A stretch of DNA of 40,850 bases from Sulfurovum sp. (GCA_015493425.1 WGDG01000116.1:1-40850); one strand, 5' to 3'. Counted from the first letter of the stretch, positions 1 through 8,444 are shown. The notes: a model not told the origin generated them from the letters alone. Program-made: numbers and translations.

Positions 1-24
1 AGACAACTATTCTGAAGGAAACCT

Positions 25-954
25 ATGATTAGTTTTATAATTCCAACTTACAATGCTGAACTTTATATAGCTAAATTATTATCTATACTTAAAATACAAA
101 CATTAAAAGACTATGAACTTATCATAATTGATTCCTCATCAAAAGATAAAACAGTAGAGATAGCAAAAAAGTACACAAATAATGTAACAGTCATACCTCA
201 AAATGAATTTGATCATGGGGGAACACGTGCTAAAGCAGCACAACTTGCCAAAGGTGAAATATTGGTATTTCTCACACAGGATGCACTTCCGTATGATGCA
301 TATACTATAGAAAATATTGTAAAAGTTTTTGAAAATGAAAAAATTGGTGCTGCCTATGGCAGACAATTAAGTTATGACGATACTAATCTATTTGGCAAGC
401 ACCTAAGGCAATTCAATTATGGAGAGCAATCATATATTAGAAGCAAAAAAGATATAGAAAAATATGGTTTAAAAACTGCTTTCTTGTCCGACAGTTTTGC
501 AGCATACAAAAAAAGTGCATTGGAAAGTATTGGCTGGTTTAAAGATGGCTTGATTTTGGGTGAAGACACTTACGCCGGTGCTAAATTGATATTGTCCGGT
601 TATAGTCTTGCGTATGTGGCAGAGGCCAAAGTGTATCATTCTCACAGTTATACAGTAGGTGAAGAGTTTAAACGCTATTTTGATATTGGCGTATTTCATC
701 AGTCTGAGAGTTGGATTTTAGAGGAATTTGGCAAAGCCGAAGGTGAAGGGATGAAATATATTCAATCAGAAATAAATTATTTATTGGCTAATAGAGCCTG
801 GTATCTACTTCCAGAGTTCTTTGTAAGAAACGCAATGAAGTATACAGGCTATAAACTTGGGCAAAATTATAAAAAGTTACCAAAAGGGCTGATAAAAAAA
901 ATAAGTATGCATCATCGTTGGTGGGATAAAAAAGATGAGTGTATCATAACCTAA
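25..954 (+). CDS. Glycosyltransferase family 2 (RfbN/rhamnosyltransferase-like)
   Basis: ISFIIPTYNA, IIDSSSKD, FDHGGTR, FLTQDA and GED motifs; AAGGA SD upstream; visibly AT-rich. Confidence 0.85.
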   Translation: MISFIIPTYNAELYIAKLLSILKIQTLKDYELIIIDSSSKDKTVEIAKKYTNNVTVIPQNEFDHGGTRAKAAQLAKGEILVFLTQDALPYDAYTIENIVKVFENEKIGAAYGRQLSYDDTNLFGKHLRQFNYGEQSYIRSKKDIEKYGLKTAFLSDSFAAYKKSALESIGWFKDGLILGEDTYAGAKLILSGYSLAYVAEAKVYHSHSYTVGEEFKRYFDIGVFHQSESWILEEFGKAEGEGMKYIQSEINYLLANRAWYLLPEFFVRNAMKYTGYKLGQNYKKLPKGLIKKISMHHRWWDKKDECIIT

Positions 955-962
955 ACCGGAGA

Positions 963-998
963 GGACGATATCGTCCGGCTTGAAGATGACTTTAAGCC
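963..998. other. Two adjacent inverted repeats after the GT2 stop codon
   Basis: Perfect 14-bp palindrome GGACGATATCGTCC (963-976) followed by GGCTTGAAG-atga-CTTTAAGCC (977-998). Confidence 0.5.
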
Positions 999-1009
999 AA
1001 ACTGAATTT

Positions 1010-1018
1010 TGCTATAAT
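1010..1018 (+). promoter_or_regulatory. Extended -10 promoter (TGnTATAAT) for the wbaP-like gene
   Basis: TGCTATAAT 24 nt before the start codon; typical Campylobacterota sigma70 form. Confidence 0.6.
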
Positions 1019-1042
1019 AGCTGAAAAATAAAAGAGAAAACC

Positions 1043-2356
1043 TTGAAAGAAATATACTCAAAGTCTATATTACTCATTCTTGATACCCTGGCCATCGCTT
1101 TATCTATAATTGTTGGATATTGGCTGCGAATACTCTTTGATGATTCTTTTGTGAGTACCTTTGGACACAGTCTTTCTCTCTATCTCTATTTTCCGCTTAT
1201 CTATATAGCCACACTTGCCATGCTCTATTATGAGGGTGTCTACACCAAAAGGTATGATTTTTGGCATGAGACAAGGCAAATCACCAAAGCGCTGCTTTTG
1301 GCTTTTGTGCTCGTAATGGCATTTCTTGCAATGAGTAAATCCATAGGCAGTTACTCCAGAGCTACCATCATTTTTATATTTGCATGTATGCTGCTTTTTA
1401 TTCCTCTCTTTAAACTCATAGGGAAAAAACTCCTTTACCGTTATAAGCTATGGCAGAAACAGGCTTCAGTTTACAGTAATGATCCATTTGTTACCAAAGA
1501 GATATTTGGAAACCACTACCTTGGTTATATACCATCAGATACACCTGAAACAGTTTTTGTAAATTCAGAAGGAGTAGACGCCAAAAGACTTCATAAGATC
1601 ATCGACACTGAAATACAAAAAACAGATGAAGTCATTTTTGTACCTCTCATTAATGAGTATGATTTAACCCAGTCAACCATTTACCAGCTGTCCAACACGC
1701 GAACCAATATGATTGTCTACAAAAACCGTTTGAAAAGCAGATATCGGGAATTCATTCATATTACTTTCAACTACCTGCTTGCGATTGCCCTGCTGCCTGT
1801 TTTATTACCTATTATAGGCATCATAGCCGTGCTTATCAAAAAGGAATCTCCGGGTCCTGTATTTTTCGCCCATACACGTATAGGCAAGCATGGCAAGCCC
1901 ATTCCTACGCTCAAGTTCAGAAGCATGTATGCCGATGCACAGGAGCGGCTGGAAAAACTGCTTGAGACTGACCCCAATATACGCAAAGAGTGGGAAGAAA
2001 ACTTCAAACTCAAAAATGATCCAAGGGTGACAAAAATCGGTTCTTTTTTACGTAAGACCTCACTCGATGAACTGCCACAGATTTTTAATGTACTCAAAGG
2101 TGAAATGAACTTTGTCGGACCAAGACCGGTCATACAGCAGGAGATAGATCAGTATTACAAAGAAGATGCTATCTACTACTTTATGGTAAAGCCTGGTATT
2201 ACAGGTCTCTGGCAGGTAAGCGGCCGGAGTGATACAGACTATGATTTCAGGGTGGCCACAGACAAGTGGTATGTCTCTAACTGGTCACTTTGGCTTGATA
2301 TTGTCATTCTTTTCAAAACGGTAAAAGTCGTTTTGAAACGTGAAGGAGCGTATTAG
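1043..2356 (+). CDS. wbaP: Undecaprenyl-phosphate sugar phosphotransferase (WbaP family priming glycosyltransferase)
   Basis: N-terminal TM helices plus C-terminal KFRSM, DPRVT, SLDELPQ, VGPRP and KPGITGLWQVSGR motifs; TTG start. Confidence 0.88.
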   Translation: MKEIYSKSILLILDTLAIALSIIVGYWLRILFDDSFVSTFGHSLSLYLYFPLIYIATLAMLYYEGVYTKRYDFWHETRQITKALLLAFVLVMAFLAMSKSIGSYSRATIIFIFACMLLFIPLFKLIGKKLLYRYKLWQKQASVYSNDPFVTKEIFGNHYLGYIPSDTPETVFVNSEGVDAKRLHKIIDTEIQKTDEVIFVPLINEYDLTQSTIYQLSNTRTNMIVYKNRLKSRYREFIHITFNYLLAIALLPVLLPIIGIIAVLIKKESPGPVFFAHTRIGKHGKPIPTLKFRSMYADAQERLEKLLETDPNIRKEWEENFKLKNDPRVTKIGSFLRKTSLDELPQIFNVLKGEMNFVGPRPVIQQEIDQYYKEDAIYYFMVKPGITGLWQVSGRSDTDYDFRVATDKWYVSNWSLWLDIVILFKTVKVVLKREGAY

Positions 2357-2397
2357 AGGATTGAGGATTGAGGATTGAGGATTGAGGATTGAGGATT
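2356..2397. repeat. Heptamer tandem array (GAGGATT)x6
   Basis: Six perfect copies starting at the last base of the wbaP TAG. Confidence 0.97.
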
Positions 2398-2476
2398 TTG
2401 ACATAGATTTCTACTGTTGTCAAGTACTCATATGCAATAATGCTGTTAAATGAAAACCAACTAAAAGGAAAAAGAA

Positions 2477-3082
2477 TTGCAAAACGAAACACAGTGTGTA
2501 CAGGCAGACACCATTGACCTGCGTGAACTATGGGCAATACTTGTCAAGAGGAAAAAACTTATAGCCAGCGTAACTGTTCTTGTGACACTGGCAGCAATCA
2601 TCTATGTATTTATAGCAAAACCTGTCTACTCCGGGAGCGTTACAGTCGAAATAGGCAAAGTGGTCAACAAAGAAAAAGCTGCAGATGGATCGTTGGTGTT
2701 AAGGGTCTACGATCTTGACAATGTCAATGACCTTGCCAAAATAGTCAGCCAAACAACCGGAGTAAGCACTTCTGTACCAAAAAGAACGAAACTGCTTCAA
2801 TTGAGTGCTACACATACCGACAAAGAGCAAATTGAAAAAGATTTGAAAGGCGCACTCCGGTTCATCAAAGAACGTCACCAAAAAATGGCAAAAGTCTATT
2901 CCCTTCCAGGTTCAGAAGTAGTTATGTCGCATGAAATCGCCCCTGTTTCGATAGGGGATGTTCCTATTAAACCAAAGAAGAAACTCATTGTGATCGTTGC
3001 ATTCATTACCGGACTGATGTTTTCTATTTTTCTTGCGTTCTTTTTAGAATTCATCAAAGGTATAAAGAAGGATAATGAATGA
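2477..3082 (+). CDS. Short Wzz/FepE-type polysaccharide chain-length protein
   Basis: IDLRELW N-terminus, two terminal TM helices, PIKPKK motif before TM2; TTG start after AAGGA. Confidence 0.8.
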   Translation: MQNETQCVQADTIDLRELWAILVKRKKLIASVTVLVTLAAIIYVFIAKPVYSGSVTVEIGKVVNKEKAADGSLVLRVYDLDNVNDLAKIVSQTTGVSTSVPKRTKLLQLSATHTDKEQIEKDLKGALRFIKERHQKMAKVYSLPGSEVVMSHEIAPVSIGDVPIKPKKKLIVIVAFITGLMFSIFLAFFLEFIKGIKKDNE

Positions 3083-3116
3083 TGAAAATGTTGCATGGTA
3101 CTCTTTTGGGTTTGGG

Positions 3117-3125
3117 TGCTATAAT
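3117..3125 (+). promoter_or_regulatory. Extended -10 promoter for trpS
   Basis: TGCTATAAT upstream of AGGAG SD and ATG at 3155. Confidence 0.6.
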
Positions 3126-3154
3126 TCGCTAAATAATTTGCAATAGGAGAGCAC

Positions 3155-4120
3155 ATGCGGGTACTGACAGGGATACAGGCTTCAGGGAAGCTGCACATAG
3201 GAAACTATTTTGGCGCGATGAAGCCGATGGTGGAGCTGCAGGAGGAGCATGAGCTCTTTACCTTCATTGCCAACTATCACTCACTTACCAGTTCAACTGA
3301 TGCAGCGACACTTAAACAGTACACCATCGATGCGGCCATAGACTACCTCTCAATAGGCATTGACCCAGAAAAGACCACCTTTTGGGTACAGAGCCATGTA
3401 CCGCAGGTGCTGGAGCTCTACTGGGTGCTCTCCAAGTTTACACCCATGGGGCTTCTGGAACGTGCACACTCCTATAAAGACAAAGTTGCAAAAGGTATTC
3501 CCGCTTCACACGCACTCTTCAGCTACCCTGTGCTGATGGCTGCTGACATTCTGCTTTACGATGTGCAGAAGGTACCCGTAGGCAAAGACCAGATACAGCA
3601 CCTCGAGATCACCCGTGACATTGCCGTGAAATTCAACAACGAATATGGTGAACTTTTTGTACTTCCCGAAGCGATGGTCAACGAAGATGTCGCAACTATT
3701 CCGGGTATCGACGGTCAGAAGATGAGTAAAAGCTACGGCAATGCCATAGACCTCTTTATGGAGAGTGAAAAGGCTCTACAGAAGCGTTGTAACAAGATTA
3801 TATCATCCTCTACACCCCTGGGTGAACCGCTGGAGTGGGAAGGGTGCCACATTTACAATCTTGCTGCACTCTTTCTGGACGATGAAGGGAAAAAAGAACT
3901 ACAGGAACGTTACAAGAGTGGCAAAGAAGGGTACGGGCACTTCAAAAAGTATCTCAAAGAGCTCATCTGGGAAGAGCTCGAGGAGGCAAGAGAAAGACGC
4001 GCTTACTATCTTGAGCATATCGATGAAGTCCATGACATTCTGGCGCTTGGTGCCCAAAAGGCAGGTGCCATAGCCACAGCCAAAATGGAAAAGGTCAGAG
4101 AGGCTGTCGGCCTCCTCTAA
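3155..4120 (+). CDS. trpS: Tryptophan--tRNA ligase
   Basis: LTGIQASGKLHIGNYFG, YPVLMAADIL, VPVGKDQ and KMSKS motifs. Confidence 0.97.
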   Translation: MRVLTGIQASGKLHIGNYFGAMKPMVELQEEHELFTFIANYHSLTSSTDAATLKQYTIDAAIDYLSIGIDPEKTTFWVQSHVPQVLELYWVLSKFTPMGLLERAHSYKDKVAKGIPASHALFSYPVLMAADILLYDVQKVPVGKDQIQHLEITRDIAVKFNNEYGELFVLPEAMVNEDVATIPGIDGQKMSKSYGNAIDLFMESEKALQKRCNKIISSSTPLGEPLEWEGCHIYNLAALFLDDEGKKELQERYKSGKEGYGHFKKYLKELIWEELEEARERRAYYLEHIDEVHDILALGAQKAGAIATAKMEKVREAVGLL

Positions 4121-4123
4121 ACC

Positions 4124-4573
4124 CTACTCTCCGACTATGCTTTCAAGCTCGTCGCCAATGGTATCACCATTTTGCGCCGTTTTTGGTTTGACATCTTCCA
4201 GGCTTTCCTCGGAGGTTGTCTCTTTTTTCTTCGTATAGTTCTCAAGACTCTCCACATAGGCTTTTTTACCGTCTGTTTTCAATGCCGCCTCTACTTCGTT
4301 TGAAGTTTCTTCACTCTGAACCTTGACAGTATTTTTTGTACTCTCTTTAGTCGGATCGACCTTCACATCTTTGTCTTCACCATAGGATTCAAGACTCTCC
4401 AGGTAAGCTTTCTTCTGTGCTTTTTTATCCGGATGGCTCTGTTCCGGATTTACTACCGCTACAACGTCATAATTTTCCTTTATCATATTGTACTTGACAA
4501 CAAGTACAATTACGAGTAGAAAAAGCAGTACCACAAGCGATACAATGAGGTTGTCTAAAAATTTTTTCATCAC
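4124..4573 (-). CDS. Hypothetical membrane-anchored acidic protein with an internal repeat
   Basis: One N-terminal TM segment; AAGGAG SD; co-oriented and 7 nt from the upstream rhodanese; start may be ATG at 4570. Confidence 0.7.
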   Translation of the reverse strand: MMKKFLDNLIVSLVVLLFLLVIVLVVKYNMIKENYDVVAVVNPEQSHPDKKAQKKAYLESLESYGEDKDVKVDPTKESTKNTVKVQSEETSNEVEAALKTDGKKAYVESLENYTKKKETTSEESLEDVKPKTAQNGDTIGDELESIVGE

Positions 4574-4580
4574 AGGCTCC

Positions 4581-5192
4581 TTAGTTGGTTACCGTTGTAA
4601 AGCCGAGGATCTTCCACATCTGGAATCCTCCCCGGTAGTACAGGATCTTATCGGCAGGATACCCCAGTTTTAAAAAGGCTTTAATGAATGCTGCAGATTT
4701 TTTGCACCACAGACCGTGACAGTAGAATGCCACTGTTCGCGCCTTGGAAGCATCAAGCGTGCCGTCTGCCAGACGTTTGGCTCCCAGTACACGAATGATC
4801 TTTTCCATTTTATCATGGTCATTTATGACCTTGAATGGAATATTGACCGCTCCAGGAATGGACTCTTTTTGGTAATATGCTTTTGAGCGCAGATCGACCA
4901 GAAGCCCCTCTTTTTTATTGACTTTGTTCTTCAGAAAGCCAAGCAGTTCCACTTCACCGATTGTACGTACTTGATCATTGATTTTAATGGGTTGGATCGG
5001 GTGTCCGAGATGATAGGTTTTTGCATACTCCCCGGTCAGCTTGTTCTTTGTATCCTGAATGCGGTGAATTTTGACCGCCTTACCTTTATGGTATACATAA
5101 ATATACGAAATTTCCGGGGTGATTTTTACTTTATCATATTGTCCGGCAACAGCAAGTGTTGCCACCGATAGAAAAATAATAATCCGTTTCAT
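4581..5192 (-). CDS. Exported rhodanese-like (sulfurtransferase) protein
   Basis: Signal peptide; LVDLR, SIPGAVNIP, FYCHGLWC and YYRGGFQMW motifs. Confidence 0.85.
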   Translation of the reverse strand: MKRIIIFLSVATLAVAGQYDKVKITPEISYIYVYHKGKAVKIHRIQDTKNKLTGEYAKTYHLGHPIQPIKINDQVRTIGEVELLGFLKNKVNKKEGLLVDLRSKAYYQKESIPGAVNIPFKVINDHDKMEKIIRVLGAKRLADGTLDASKARTVAFYCHGLWCKKSAAFIKAFLKLGYPADKILYYRGGFQMWKILGFTTVTN

Positions 5193-5193
5193 A

Positions 5194-5811
5194 TTACTGC
5201 TCCTTCTTTGGTACGATGGTTGTCAGTCCAAGCAGCTGCCATGCCTGCATACCGCCGCGATAATACTTTAATTTTTCAGGGGGATAACCAATCTCTATCA
5301 ATGCGTGAATCGCCGTAGGGGACTGCCCACACCATGCACCGTTACAGTAAAAAAGCAGTTCTTTGGCATTTCTAAAATCATACTCGCCTTCGCGGTCGTA
5401 CACCACACCGAGCGATTTCAGTACCGCTTCGCGCTCCGGCGTATCGTTCAGAAATATTTTAAACGGGATATTCCTTGCAGTGGGAATAGCCGATTTGTAG
5501 TACCAATTTGGCAGTCTTGCATCAATAAATACACCTTGGTGATTTTTAATAAAATCAAGCAGCTCAAGCTCTCCGTAGGTCTCCACCTTGGAAGCTGCTT
5601 CAAAGGGCTGGATGAAAAACGGCGGCGAAGGACGCGAAGTCAATGCGTACGTATTGGTAAGATAGCTTCCCGGCCGCTGTTCGCGTTCTATTTTATAGGT
5701 TTTTCCGTTGGCATCTGTGACTTCTACAAATGGTACGCCGTCGGTAATCTCTACCGTTGCTGCCTGAAGCATACAGGCCGCAGCACTGAGTGCTATTATC
5801 ATCTGTTTCAT
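5194..5811 (-). CDS. Exported rhodanese-like (sulfurtransferase) protein
   Basis: Start moved to ATG 5811 (AAAGGAG SD, then signal peptide MKQMIIALSAAAC); IDAR, AIPTARNIP, FYCNGAWCGQS and YYRGGMQAW motifs. Confidence 0.87.
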   Translation of the reverse strand: MKQMIIALSAAACMLQAATVEITDGVPFVEVTDANGKTYKIEREQRPGSYLTNTYALTSRPSPPFFIQPFEAASKVETYGELELLDFIKNHQGVFIDARLPNWYYKSAIPTARNIPFKIFLNDTPEREAVLKSLGVVYDREGEYDFRNAKELLFYCNGAWCGQSPTAIHALIEIGYPPEKLKYYRGGMQAWQLLGLTTIVPKKEQ

Positions 5812-6012
5812 GCTCTCTCCTTTATGTGATTGAAGCCATCCATAAAGGTTATGAAGAGGTAACGATTCATTGCAGTATCTCACTGTAATGGGCAGATATA
5901 CTATCCTGTAGAGGATATATACCTTTCCGACCTTGCTTCACAACAAGTGTGGCTTTTTCCATACAGTTTAACCGTATATGCCCATTGTAGACCCAATATA
6001 CTTAGTATTATA
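5812..6012 (-). promoter_or_regulatory. Putative promoter and long structured 5' leader of the rhodanese operon
   Basis: TATAAT on minus strand at 6012-6007; several inverted repeats, including one (5819-5848) covering part of the SD. Confidence 0.45.
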
Positions 6013-6069
6013 TTAGTTTTGTTATTTTTTAATGATAATTTATATTAATATATTTAGTAGTTATTTTAC

Positions 6070-6858
6070 TTATAAGGTTAAAGAAACGGAGGAGACCGGC
6101 ACCTTCTTGCCAATCAGGTTTGAGATACTCTTTTCCTCAATCTCGCCGGTAGCATAAATATGAAGTTTCGTTGTGCCCTCATTTTGATGCCCTTTTTCCC
6201 GGGCAAGCACCAAAAGCCGCTTTGCGATCGCATCTCCGGTATGAATAAGGTTCAGATGATGTACCATGATCTTTTCGATCAAACTGGAAACCAGCGGATA
6301 GTGGGTACAGCCCAGTACAATGGTATCGACTCCCTCTTTTTGCATCGGCTCCAGCCAGTTGCGCAGCATGGTTTCGGTTTCAGGATGCTCTGTTTTTCCC
6401 TGTTCTATCTGCTCAACAAGGCCGGGACAGGCCTGTTCATAGAGGCTGATCTCCCTTTTGCCCACATGAGCATCGACAAGTTGCTGATATTTCTCACCCT
6501 GAAGTGTCGCCGGTGTTGCCAGTACCCCCACCTTGCCGCTGCGTGTCGTTTCAATGGCAGGTTTTATGCCGGGTTCCGTACCGACAATAATAAGCTCAGG
6601 GTAGGTTTCCCGAAGTGTTTCAATAGCAGCGGAAGTAGCCGTATTGCAGGCAACCACCAGTGCATCGATATGGTGTTTTTCAATAAAGTAGCGCGTAATA
6701 TCAAGTGAATAGGAAAGTATCTCTGCTTGTGTCTTTTCACCATAAGGTGCATGTTGGGTATCGGCAATGTAGTAGAGTTCAGCACCCTTGAGGGTAGAGA
6801 GGATGGACTTTACGACGGTGAGGCCGCCCAAACCGGAATCAAACACACCTACTTTCAT
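6070..6858 (-). CDS. murI: Glutamate racemase
   Basis: VFDSGLGG, APYG, VACNTA and LGCTHY motifs. Confidence 0.96.
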   Translation of the reverse strand: MKVGVFDSGLGGLTVVKSILSTLKGAELYYIADTQHAPYGEKTQAEILSYSLDITRYFIEKHHIDALVVACNTATSAAIETLRETYPELIIVGTEPGIKPAIETTRSGKVGVLATPATLQGEKYQQLVDAHVGKREISLYEQACPGLVEQIEQGKTEHPETETMLRNWLEPMQKEGVDTIVLGCTHYPLVSSLIEKIMVHHLNLIHTGDAIAKRLLVLAREKGHQNEGTTKLHIYATGEIEEKSISNLIGKKVPVSSVSLTL

Positions 6859-6915
6859 GAGAGATTCTCATGAAAGAGTGAATAGTTTCGGAAAGCTTTG
6901 ATGAAACAAAGCTTT
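6852..6915. other. Two hairpins upstream of and over the murI start
   Basis: CTTTCATGAGA-gat-TCTCATGAAAG (6852-6876) and AAAGCTTTG-atgaaa-CAAAGCTTT (6892-6915). Confidence 0.7.
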
Positions 6916-6921
6916 TTTTTC

Positions 6922-6980
6922 ATAAAGGCATTGCGACGCAATGCAAACCTACACTCCTCACTCCTCACTCCTCACTCCTC
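6922..6980 (-). repeat. Composite element copy 1: (GAGGAGT)x4 + GTAG + hairpin
   Basis: ACTCCTC x4 at 6953-6980 adjoining GCATTGCG-a-CGCAATGC-aaac-CTAC; 25/31 identical to 40696-40726. Confidence 0.85.
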
Positions 6981-6983
6981 ACT

Positions 6984-7010
6984 TGACAAAAGTGCGCTGC
7001 ACTTTTGTCA
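6984..7010 (-). terminator. 12-bp hairpin overlapping the rho stop codon (terminator-like or stabiliser)
   Basis: TGACAAAAGTGC-agc-GCACTTTTGTCA; no separate U-tract after the stem. Confidence 0.45.
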
Positions 7011-8336
7011 TGCCCCTTCGTTCATCATCGAAAGGAACTCTTCGTTGCTTTTGGTTTTAAGCATTTTGGAATAGAGGAATTTGAGGCCTTCAACCTCTTC
7101 CATGTTCTGCATTGCATTACGCAGTGCCCAAACTTTCTGAAGCGTTTCAGGATCAACCATCAGCTCCTCTTTACGGGTACCGGACTTGGTCACGTCAATA
7201 GCAGGATAAATACGGCGTTCGGCAACGTGGCGGCTGAGAACCACTTCGGAGTTACCCGTTCCCTTGAACTCTTCAAAGATCACCTCATCCATACGTGAAC
7301 CGGTATCGATAAGCGCTGTGGCAATGATGGTAAGGCTTCCGCCCTCCTCGATGTTACGTGCCGCACCGAAGAAACGCTTTGGCTTGTGCAGTGCATTGGC
7401 ATCGACACCACCGGAAAGTACTTTCCCCGAACTTGGGGTAACAGTGTTATAGGCACGTGCCAAACGGGTGATAGAGTCAAGCAAAATGACCACATCTTTG
7501 CCCATTTCAACACGTCTTTTGGCTTTTTCAATGACCATCTCGGCTGTACGCACATGGTTTTGTGCGGGAAGATCAAATGTTGAAGCATACACTTCCCCTT
7601 TGACCGAACGCTGCATATCGGTCACCTCTTCCGGACGCTCGTCCACAAGAAGTACCATTAAAGAAGCATCGGGGTTGTTGTGCGTCACGCCGTGTGCAAG
7701 TTCTTTGAGCAGCTCCGTTTTACCCGTTCTTGGCGGAGCGACAATAAGCGCACGCTGCCCTTTTCCGATAGGAGCAAAAAGGTCAAGGACACGTCCGGTA
7801 AGCTTCATGGGGTTGTACTCCATTTTCAGCTGTTCGGTAGCATAAAGCGGCGTTAGGTTATCAAAGAGCGGGCGCTGTTTGGATTTCTCCGGCGGCAGAT
7901 AGTTGATCGCTTCGATCTTCAACAGTGCGTAGTACTTCTCCTGGTCTTTGGGCGGACGTACCTGCCCTGTAACAATGTCCCCGTTACGCAGCGCGAAACG
8001 TTTGACCTGTGTACCGCTGACATACGTGTCGTTACCCGAGTTGGCGAAGTTACCGTCGATGGAACGCAAGAAACCGTAACCGTCAGGCATAATCTCGAGG
8101 ATTCCCGTGTAGAGGATGAAGCCGCCCTGACTTACCTGCGATTTGAGTATTTCGAAAATGAGGTCTTTTCGCTGGAATTCATTGGGGTTCTCCACCCCTA
8201 CCTCTTTGGCGATGGTGACGAGTTCATCAAGGGGTTTTTTCTGGAGATCTTCGATTTTGTAGCCCTGAACGGGAACGTGGGTTCTGTTTTTTTTGCCGGT
8301 ATTGCCGTTACCGTTGGATTTTTTGGTGTCGCTCAT
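7008..8336 (-). CDS. rho: Transcription termination factor Rho
   Basis: [32 protein letters not shown] and FEEFKGTGN motifs. Confidence 0.98.
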   Translation of the reverse strand: MSDTKKSNGNGNTGKKNRTHVPVQGYKIEDLQKKPLDELVTIAKEVGVENPNEFQRKDLIFEILKSQVSQGGFILYTGILEIMPDGYGFLRSIDGNFANSGNDTYVSGTQVKRFALRNGDIVTGQVRPPKDQEKYYALLKIEAINYLPPEKSKQRPLFDNLTPLYATEQLKMEYNPMKLTGRVLDLFAPIGKGQRALIVAPPRTGKTELLKELAHGVTHNNPDASLMVLLVDERPEEVTDMQRSVKGEVYASTFDLPAQNHVRTAEMVIEKAKRRVEMGKDVVILLDSITRLARAYNTVTPSSGKVLSGGVDANALHKPKRFFGAARNIEEGGSLTIIATALIDTGSRMDEVIFEEFKGTGNSEVVLSRHVAERRIYPAIDVTKSGTRKEELMVDPETLQKVWALRNAMQNMEEVEGLKFLYSKMLKTKSNEEFLSMMNEGA

Positions 8337-8415
8337 GATTCCTCTTGTATTTCTTTAGGATTAGCTTTAAATTGGAGATAAATAGTAGTACTTCCGACTG
8401 CTATGTAGTGGGTGT

Positions 8416-8444
8416 ATTATAATCCTTTTTTACTGAAATGTCAA
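8416..8444 (-). promoter_or_regulatory. Consensus sigma70 promoter for rho
   Basis: Minus strand TTGACA (8444-8439), 17-nt spacer, TATAAT (8421-8416). Confidence 0.75.

Noticed and set aside
2356-2397. Heptamer arrays as CRISPR or classical phase-variation tracts
   Set aside because: No spacers, units are only 7 nt, and no cas genes are present. The in-gene arrays are in housekeeping enzymes, and I saw no long poly-G/C tracts in the glycosyltransferases.
2313-2537. 74-aa minus ORF containing ILNPQSSILNPQSS
   Set aside because: It is the stop-free reading of the heptamer array and overlaps two real genes.
3071-3098. GATAATG-AATGATG-AAAATG at the wzz stop as a decayed seventh heptamer array
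   Set aside because: Only 2-3 degenerate units; cannot be distinguished from chance.
5808-5962. Two chained uORFs (31 and 20 aa) with ATGA overlaps in the rhodanese leader
   Set aside because: Neither has a clear SD, and ATGA overlaps arise automatically when a gene begins ATG-A.
6030-6047. Fur-box-like TAATGATAATTTATATTA upstream of the rhodanese promoter
   Set aside because: Lies in a very AT-rich tract where such matches are expected by chance; right half is poor.
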